39,567 nucleotides of DNA, taken from assembly GCA_027483285.1 (NCBI GenBank), contig JAIXUZ010000080.1, positions 1-39,567 on the forward strand, in the 5' to 3' direction. The notes beneath the pieces were generated by a model. That model did no database searches. It was not told where the DNA came from and saw only the letters and a list, made by a program, of their open reading frames with translations. Of the stretch, positions 33,813 through 39,567 are shown piece by piece. The DNA is from Bacteroidota bacterium. GTDB lineage: Bacteria; Bacteroidota; Bacteroidia; CAMBQF01. A program made the position numbers and the translations under genes. Each line of letters opens with the position of its first letter. The first letter of the stretch is position 1.

Positions 33813-34882
33813 TAACGTTTTTTAGTAGTTGGTTGTGGCGTTGCCTGTGCCAGCTGTGTTTTACCCATAAGCATATTTCGTGCCTCTTTACCAATACCTA
33901 CAAACGATTGAAAGTTTAGCGGGAACTCTAACAACACATGTAAAAAGCTTAGGAAGTATAAAAATTGCAGGCCTGTGGTATAATCGTATAAGTAAATACC
34001 AACGGCAGTTAACCAAATAGCTACTGTACCAATAAGGTATTTTTTAGGCACCTGGTGCCACTTGATAACGTTGGTTTTTGAGAACCAGTTTAGGTAGTGG
34101 TAGGTGTAGGCAAAAGCCACAAAGCGCGCTATGGCAAAGCCATAGCCGGTGTTAAATACCAGGTTATAATATTCGGGAGAACCTAATGCAATGCCCCTTG
34201 CCTGGCTGGGGTTAAATATTTTTATAAGGGCGAAGTTCAGTTGGTCAAAACCCCCAGACCAGCTCTCTAAGCTGTATTTTGAAACCTGGTAAGCAGGTTG
34301 GTTGGGTATGATAAAAAAGAATAGCGATGCCAGGATAAACAGCATGGCAACAGAAACCATACCGGGTATGCTACGCACCTTCATAGCACCAAAAAGCATA
34401 AACGCGCCGGTAAACAAAAACACGTGGATGATGGTGGGCAGGAATATGCCAAAGAAGCTGTAGAAGAAATTACCTGTGCTGCTTAAAAACAGGAATGATA
34501 CCCATGTTAAAATAACCAGGGCAATTTTTAAGGTGGTTTCTTTTATAAATGCGAATATTAGGCCCGATACAAAGGCCAGGTAAATAAATTTGATGCTATA
34601 ATCTATAACGGCACCGTTGGATAGTTTTACCCTGAACCACTCTACAAAACCAAGATTAGATAGGGTGATGAAAACACCGAAAACGATAAAGAGCACAAAA
34701 TCGTACTTGCCTTTGGCAAAGTACTGGCGTTGGTGTAGCCAGCCAATCTCGGTTAAGTAATGTAAGGGCCCCAACACTGCATAAGAAAACAAAAACAGCT
34801 CGAAAGGGATGAAAAATGCTATGATGAACGACAATATCATTAAGCCGATATTGGCATAGTCTAGGGTGTATGATTTGTTCAT
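33812..34882 (-). CDS. Hypothetical polytopic membrane protein (about 9-10 TM)
   Basis: Long, very hydrophobic ORF. Its stop overlaps the exbB start by 1 nt (TAATG). The ATG at 34882 is preferred; the track uses the TTG at 34900. No family recognised. Confidence 0.6.
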   Translation of the reverse strand: MNKSYTLDYANIGLMILSFIIAFFIPFELFLFSYAVLGPLHYLTEIGWLHQRQYFAKGKYDFVLFIVFGVFITLSNLGFVEWFRVKLSNGAVIDYSIKFIYLAFVSGLIFAFIKETTLKIALVILTWVSFLFLSSTGNFFYSFFGIFLPTIIHVFLFTGAFMLFGAMKVRSIPGMVSVAMLFILASLFFFIIPNQPAYQVSKYSLESWSGGFDQLNFALIKIFNPSQARGIALGSPEYYNLVFNTGYGFAIARFVAFAYTYHYLNWFSKTNVIKWHQVPKKYLIGTVAIWLTAVGIYLYDYTTGLQFLYFLSFLHVLLEFPLNFQSFVGIGKEARNMLMGKTQLAQATPQPTTKKR

Positions 34883-34911
34883 ATTCGCAAATCTATGCAA
34901 AAAGTTTGTTG

Positions 34912-35826
34912 TTAGGGCTTGGCCAGCAATTTTACCACCTTATCAGGATAGTCGGAAATGATGCCATCTACCCCCATTTCGGCCACACGGCGAATGTCGC
35001 GGTCTTCATTTACTGTCCAGGGAATTATCTTTATACCCTTAGCATGCACTTTATCTACCACATCTTTATTCAAATACTCAAAGTTAGGACTAAAGACATC
35101 AGGGGTAAAACCCAAATGTTTAACAGCATCTCCAATATCAGTAATGCCTGGTTTAAGCATTCCATCAATCATTATCAAATCATTCTCAACTAATAATACT
35201 AGTTTAACAGGGGCTTTATTATCATTTAGCCAACGCAGGGTTCGCATGTCAAAGCTCTGTATAAATGTGCGTTGTTCTATACCCTTGTTCTTCACCATAT
35301 CCAACAGACGTTTAGCAAATGCACCCGGGGGTGGGTTATACTCACCGTCAAACTGCGCTTCACTTTTTGTTTCTACATTATAGTTTATGGGTTTCAACCC
35401 ATTTGCTTTGATGTAGGCCTCGACCGTATCAATAACATCAGATAGCAAGGGCTTAAAGGCTTTCATCTTTTTCTGTTTTGGAAAGCGGGGGTGGGGTTTG
35501 CTACCACAGTCGAATTTCTTAACGCTATCGTAAGGCATTTTGAAGATGTTGATTGTCTCCTTTACTGTTCCACAATCGCAAAACTCAGGGTTTATGTAAG
35601 GGTCGTGCGAAACTACCAGTTGGCTATCGCCGCTAACCACAACATCCATTTCAAGGGTGGTAACGCCCATATCTATGGCACGCAAAAAACCTTCGATGGT
35701 GTTTTCAGGATACAAGCCCCGCGCGCCTCGGTGGCCCTGAATGTCGATGGTTGGCTTTGGCTCTGGCTGTGTGTTGCAGGCCAGGAGTGTGGTAATGAAA
35801 AGGAATAAAAGGATATGGGTTTTCAT
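34912..35826 (-). CDS. Glycerophosphodiester phosphodiesterase (GDPD family) lipoprotein
   Basis: Lipobox TTLLAC. IQGHRGARGLYPENTIEGF...LEMDVV.S.D..LVVSHD...VNEDRD. These are GDPD catalytic motifs. Confidence 0.88.
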   Translation of the reverse strand: MKTHILLFLFITTLLACNTQPEPKPTIDIQGHRGARGLYPENTIEGFLRAIDMGVTTLEMDVVVSGDSQLVVSHDPYINPEFCDCGTVKETINIFKMPYDSVKKFDCGSKPHPRFPKQKKMKAFKPLLSDVIDTVEAYIKANGLKPINYNVETKSEAQFDGEYNPPPGAFAKRLLDMVKNKGIEQRTFIQSFDMRTLRWLNDNKAPVKLVLLVENDLIMIDGMLKPGITDIGDAVKHLGFTPDVFSPNFEYLNKDVVDKVHAKGIKIIPWTVNEDRDIRRVAEMGVDGIISDYPDKVVKLLAKP

Positions 35827-35836
35827 GGGGTTAAAT

Positions 35837-36373
35837 TTATTCTTTTAGAAAGTCTAAGTCCAAATAATGGTTGCTATAGTCATCCTTATCAAGATGCAGT
35901 TTAGTTTGCTTTTGGGCAAACAGTTTAAACATCAACGTTTCCCTGTCTTTATTTATAATCGGGCTAACAAAGGTTAAGGTATCACCATTGTACATAACAG
36001 TATATTCAAATCGGCATTGATTGATTTCTTTGTATTGTTTAGGGTTGCGGCCTTCTACTATAAAATCCATTAACGGGGTTTTGCTGTAATGGTATTTCTC
36101 GTTCTCAATAAAGTATCTATTATCCAACACTTCAATTTTACTCAAATCAATATCAAATTCTATATAATTGGTTTTGTGCTTTACGACTTCTGCAAACTCG
36201 CTATTATCAATCATTTTTAGTCCAAAAGCCCCTAATGCTATTATTACAAAACTACCCCAAAAATACAGGTAGGAATAGCTTATAGCCGTGCCCTTGTATT
36301 TCCAAAAAAAGATTGCTCCAATAACTCCGACAACTATAATTACGGAACACAGGGCAAATAATAGATTCTTCAT
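35837..36373 (-). CDS. Hypothetical membrane protein (2 N-terminal TM helices plus a soluble domain)
   Basis: LLFALCSVIIVVGVIGAIFFW and FWGSFVIIALGAFGL. Stop lies 10 nt upstream of the GDPD start. No family recognised. Confidence 0.5.
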   Translation of the reverse strand: MKNLLFALCSVIIVVGVIGAIFFWKYKGTAISYSYLYFWGSFVIIALGAFGLKMIDNSEFAEVVKHKTNYIEFDIDLSKIEVLDNRYFIENEKYHYSKTPLMDFIVEGRNPKQYKEINQCRFEYTVMYNGDTLTFVSPIINKDRETLMFKLFAQKQTKLHLDKDDYSNHYLDLDFLKE

Positions 36374-36521
36374 GGGCTAAAGTTATTTCTTTCTTTTTAT
36401 TTAGCAGTAAGTTGGGAGTAATCCAGGGTAGCGTTTAGAGGCTTTAACCGCTATTTTTACCCCTTACATTTCCTCATATCAATATTTTTCGTACCTTAAC
36501 TGTCCCAAATTTGAGTATACC

Positions 36522-36866
36522 ATGGCAAAGGAAAAAAAATACAAAAGCTTTAGCACGTTTTACCCTTATTACCTTACAGAACACGCTAACCCCACCTGCC
36601 GGATGCTACATTTTGTGGGTACATCACTAGCTGTAACCTTAGCCGTATCGGCTTTTGTTTTTAATAACTACCTGCTACTTGCATTTGTGCTGCCCTGTGG
36701 CTATGCATTTGCATGGGTTGGCCACTTTTTTATCGAAAAAAACAGGCCGGCAACCTTTACCTACCCCTTGTGGAGTTTTGCATCGGACTTTGTAATGGCC
36801 TGGCATATACTAACGGGGCAAATAGACAAACGCCTTGCCGAAGCACATAAAACCATAAACGCCTAA
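36522..36866 (+). CDS. DUF962 (Mpo1-like) membrane protein
   Basis: FSTFYPYYLTEHANPTCRMLHFVGT...GYAFAWVGHFFIEKNRPATF.YPLWS, the DUF962 signature as I remember it. Confidence 0.8.
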   Translation: MAKEKKYKSFSTFYPYYLTEHANPTCRMLHFVGTSLAVTLAVSAFVFNNYLLLAFVLPCGYAFAWVGHFFIEKNRPATFTYPLWSFASDFVMAWHILTGQIDKRLAEAHKTINA

Positions 36867-36919
36867 GCACTGTTCAATTTTTGATTACATTTGCCACCCT
36901 TAAAAATTAATATTAGAAA

Positions 36920-37888
36920 TTGAGCTTTCATAAAACATACCCCCAGTTAGGCTTTAGGCAGCGTTTGGTTAAATTTTTATTCCGCTTTTTAAAGTGGGTT
37001 CTATACCGCAAAAACGACCCTATCCACCGTTTTAGAAAAGGGATGGAGTTTTTAACTGGCTTTTTAGGTAAACCTAAAGATGTGCAGGCAAAGCTATTTA
37101 ACATTGATGGCATAGAGGCCGAATGGCTAATACCAGCAGGCTGTGAAAACAGCCAAACTATTATGTACTTTTTGCACGGAGGCGGCTACGGTATGGGGTC
37201 AATAAAATCTCACCGCCCCATTATAGCCCGCATTGCAAAGCGTTGTAAAGTAAGGGCTATACATATTAACTACCGTTTAGCGCCAGAGCATGTATTCCCG
37301 GCTGCTTTAGAGGATAGTGTGATTTGCTACCAATGGCTGCTTAAGCAAGGCATCAACTCAAAAAATATTGTTATTGCCGGCGACTCTGCTGGTGGTGGCT
37401 TAACCATGGCTACACTGCTAAAACTGCGCGACGAGGGTATTGCCCTGCCTGCAGCGGGTATAGGCCTGTCGCCCTGGTTAGATTTGGGTACTACAGGTGC
37501 ATCGTACAACGAGCGTGCCATGCTTGACCCCTATATTGACAAAGACGCTGTTGTTGAATGGGCCATGCGCTATTTAGGCGAAACCCACTATACCAACCCA
37601 TTGGCATCGCCAATGTATTCTAGCCCTGCGGGCCTTCCACCATTGCTTTTACAGGTTGGAACCCACGAGCTTTTGCACGACGACGCCATTGTATTTGCCG
37701 AAAAAGCAGCTACAGCAGGAGTTGATGTAGAGCTGGAAATTTGGGAAGACATGTTCCATGTATGGCATGCTTTAGCCGGTTTTATGCCCGAAGCCGACAT
37801 GGCTTTAGACAATATTGCCACGTTTATAAGTAAGTTGCCGGCACCGCAAAAAAGCGCACAAGAGTTTACTGCCACCGCTACTGCGTAA
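36920..37888 (+). CDS. Alpha/beta hydrolase, hormone-sensitive-lipase-like esterase (Abhydrolase_3)
   Basis: Oxyanion motif HGGGYGMGS and nucleophile elbow GDSAGG. Later ...D... and H residues in FHVWH. The TTG start is from the track and is uncertain. Confidence 0.82.
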   Translation: MSFHKTYPQLGFRQRLVKFLFRFLKWVLYRKNDPIHRFRKGMEFLTGFLGKPKDVQAKLFNIDGIEAEWLIPAGCENSQTIMYFLHGGGYGMGSIKSHRPIIARIAKRCKVRAIHINYRLAPEHVFPAALEDSVICYQWLLKQGINSKNIVIAGDSAGGGLTMATLLKLRDEGIALPAAGIGLSPWLDLGTTGASYNERAMLDPYIDKDAVVEWAMRYLGETHYTNPLASPMYSSPAGLPPLLLQVGTHELLHDDAIVFAEKAATAGVDVELEIWEDMFHVWHALAGFMPEADMALDNIATFISKLPAPQKSAQEFTATATA

Positions 37889-37954
37889 TTTTTTACATAT
37901 ATCTGTATAGGGCACGCCTAAAATCATAAATTAGCAGGCTGTAATATCCTGCAA

Positions 37955-39567
37955 ATGAAATATATTAAACCCCTGGTTTTAGCCATACTTACCGTAGCGT
38001 TTGTATGGGCGTTGAACACCAAAATTGGCGCGGCGCCGCCGTTTGGCAAATTTTTAGACCCTTTTCATGGTTTTTGGCAAAATGCCGAAAAAGTTGGCAA
38101 GTTTAACCAGGCCGACGTAGACCTGCCAGGCCTTAAAGGCAAGGTAGACGTGTATTACGACGACCGTTTGGTGCCCCATATTTTTGCCGAAAATGATGAA
38201 GACCTGTACTATATGCAGGGCTATGTTACCGCGCAACACAGGCTTTGGCAAATGGAGTTTCAAACCTATGCAGCATCAGGACGGATATCTGAAATACTGG
38301 GAAAGAACGACAAGGTACAGGCCTTTGACCGCGAAAAACGCCGCACTGGTATGGTGTTTGGTGCTAAAAACTCGTTGATACGCATTAACGAAGAGCCCGA
38401 AACCAAGAAGATACTTACGGCCTACACCGCGGGCATCAATAGCTATATAAACTCGCTTAGCTACAAAGACCTGCCGATAGAATACAAGCTGCTTGACTAT
38501 AAGCCTGAGCAATGGGACATGCTGAAAACAGCATTACTGCTTAAGTATATGGCAGAGATGCTTACCAACATGGAGAATGATTTTGAGCTGACCAACAGCT
38601 ACCAGCTTTTTGGTAAGGAAATGACAGATATGCTTTTCCCTGATTATATAGACACGTTGGAAAGCCCTATTATACCTGTTGGCACCGCATGGGATTTTGA
38701 ACCTGAAAAACAAGACTCTGTACCAAAAATAGCAGCCGAAGGCCTGATACCCGCCAGCTATGCTACGCTAGACCCCAAAGACCCCGGCACCGGAAGTAAC
38801 AACTGGGCAGTAGCCGGTAGCAAAACCGCCAGCGGCAAACCCATTTTATGTAACGACCCCCACCTTGGCCTAAACCTTCCATCAATATGGTATGAGATGC
38901 AGTTGCATGCTCCGGGCGTAAACGTTTACGGGGTAACATTACCAGGGTCGCCCGCTATTGTAATTGGCTTTAACGACTCTATAGCCTGGGGTGTAACCAA
39001 CGCCGGGCGCGATGTGAAAGACTGGTACTCTGTAAAATTTAAAGACAGCAGCCGCAAAGAATACTGGTATGACGGTAAATGGGCCGCAACTAAAATTGTA
39101 ATAGACACCATTAAAATACGCGGTAGTGAGCCGCTGTACGACACTATAGTATATACCCACCACGGCCCTGTAGTGTACGATAAGAACTTTACAGGTGAGT
39201 TTAAAGAGCGTGTAGGGTATGCCCTGAGCTGGACAGCACACATGCAGAGCAACGAGATGATTACCCTACATAAACTTAACCGCGCAAAAAACTTTGCCGA
39301 CTACCGCGATGCTATTAAAACCTTTGCCTGCCCCGGCCAAAACTTTGTGTTTGCATCAAACGCCGGCGATGTAGCCATTACCCAACAAGGCAAGTTTATA
39401 AACCGTTGGCCCGAAATGGGTCGCTACGTAATGGATGGTAGCCTGCCAGTAACTACATGGAGCAAGTTTATACCTGCCGAGCAAAATGCCTACGTTAAAA
39501 ACCCGCCAAGGGGTTTTGTAAGTTCGGCAAACCAGCACCCGACTGATAAAAGCTACCCTTACTACTA
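37955..39567 (+). CDS. Penicillin acylase family (Ntn hydrolase) protein. The 3' end runs off the window, and it is absent from the ORF track.
   Basis: Manual translation from the ATG at 37955 gives MKYIKPLVLAILTVAFVWA...VDVYYDDRLVPHIFAENDEDLYYMQGYVTAQHRLWQMEF...DRE.RR...GSNNWAVAGSKTASGKPILCNDPHL...YGVTLPGSPAIVIGFNDSIAWGVTN... The frame is open to the window end. Confidence 0.88.
   Translation, partial: MKYIKPLVLAILTVAFVWALNTKIGAAPPFGKFLDPFHGFWQNAEKVGKFNQADVDLPGLKGKVDVYYDDRLVPHIFAENDEDLYYMQGYVTAQHRLWQMEFQTYAASGRISEILGKNDKVQAFDREKRRTGMVFGAKNSLIRINEEPETKKILTAYTAGINSYINSLSYKDLPIEYKLLDYKPEQWDMLKTALLLKYMAEMLTNMENDFELTNSYQLFGKEMTDMLFPDYIDTLESPIIPVGTAWDFEPEKQDSVPKIAAEGLIPASYATLDPKDPGTGSNNWAVAGSKTASGKPILCNDPHLGLNLPSIWYEMQLHAPGVNVYGVTLPGSPAIVIGFNDSIAWGVTNAGRDVKDWYSVKFKDSSRKEYWYDGKWAATKIVIDTIKIRGSEPLYDTIVYTHHGPVVYDKNFTGEFKERVGYALSWTAHMQSNEMITLHKLNRAKNFADYRDAIKTFACPGQNFVFASNAGDVAITQQGKFINRWPEMGRYVMDGSLPVTTWSKFIPAEQNAYVKNPPRGFVSSANQHPTDKSYPYY

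Noticed and set aside
38054-39538. Short ORFs 38054-38263, 38184-38378, 38276-38512, 38926-39252, 38939-39241 and 39356-39538.
   Set aside because: All lie within the long open frame that encodes a penicillin-acylase-family protein starting at 37955. They are shadow ORFs.

Overview
The window looks like a chromosomal segment of a Bacteroidota genome, Sphingobacteriia- or Chitinophagia-like. This call rests on many T9SS C-terminal sorting domains, TAnnTTTG-type promoter boxes just upstream of start codons, and no obvious Shine-Dalgarno sites. I count about 33 protein genes. By eye I found no rRNA, tRNA, CRISPR array, transposase or integrase. Housekeeping and ordinary genes: dprA (edge-truncated), a DUF2147 protein, Xaa-Pro aminopeptidase, a di-heme cytochrome c peroxidase, a GNAT acetyltransferase, aspartate kinase, tatC, a DedA protein, an exbB-exbD-exbD cluster, a glycerophosphodiesterase, a DUF962 protein, an HSL-type esterase, and a penicillin-acylase-family gene (edge-truncated). 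The most interesting content is a set of three large paralogous secreted proteins: 4291-11907 (minus strand, 2538 aa), 18576-22274 (plus strand) and 24962-28186 (plus strand). All three share a collinear module I cannot assign to a characterised family. It starts at a conserved Cys and runs through a beta-helix-like segment, then about 280-315 aa that are roughly 40-50% glycine but punctuated by conserved hydrophobic and Cys islands, then an Ig-like domain with a CCG motif. PKD or Ig arrays and a T9SS sorting domain follow (type A in two paralogs, type B in one). One paralog is divergently paired with an ECF sigma / small anti-sigma pair. A TMTC-like GT-C glycosyltransferase with TPR repeats and a vWA T9SS protein lie between the paralogs. 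Six of the genes in the window carry T9SS sorting domains. All functional calls come from reading motifs in the translations; no database search was possible.
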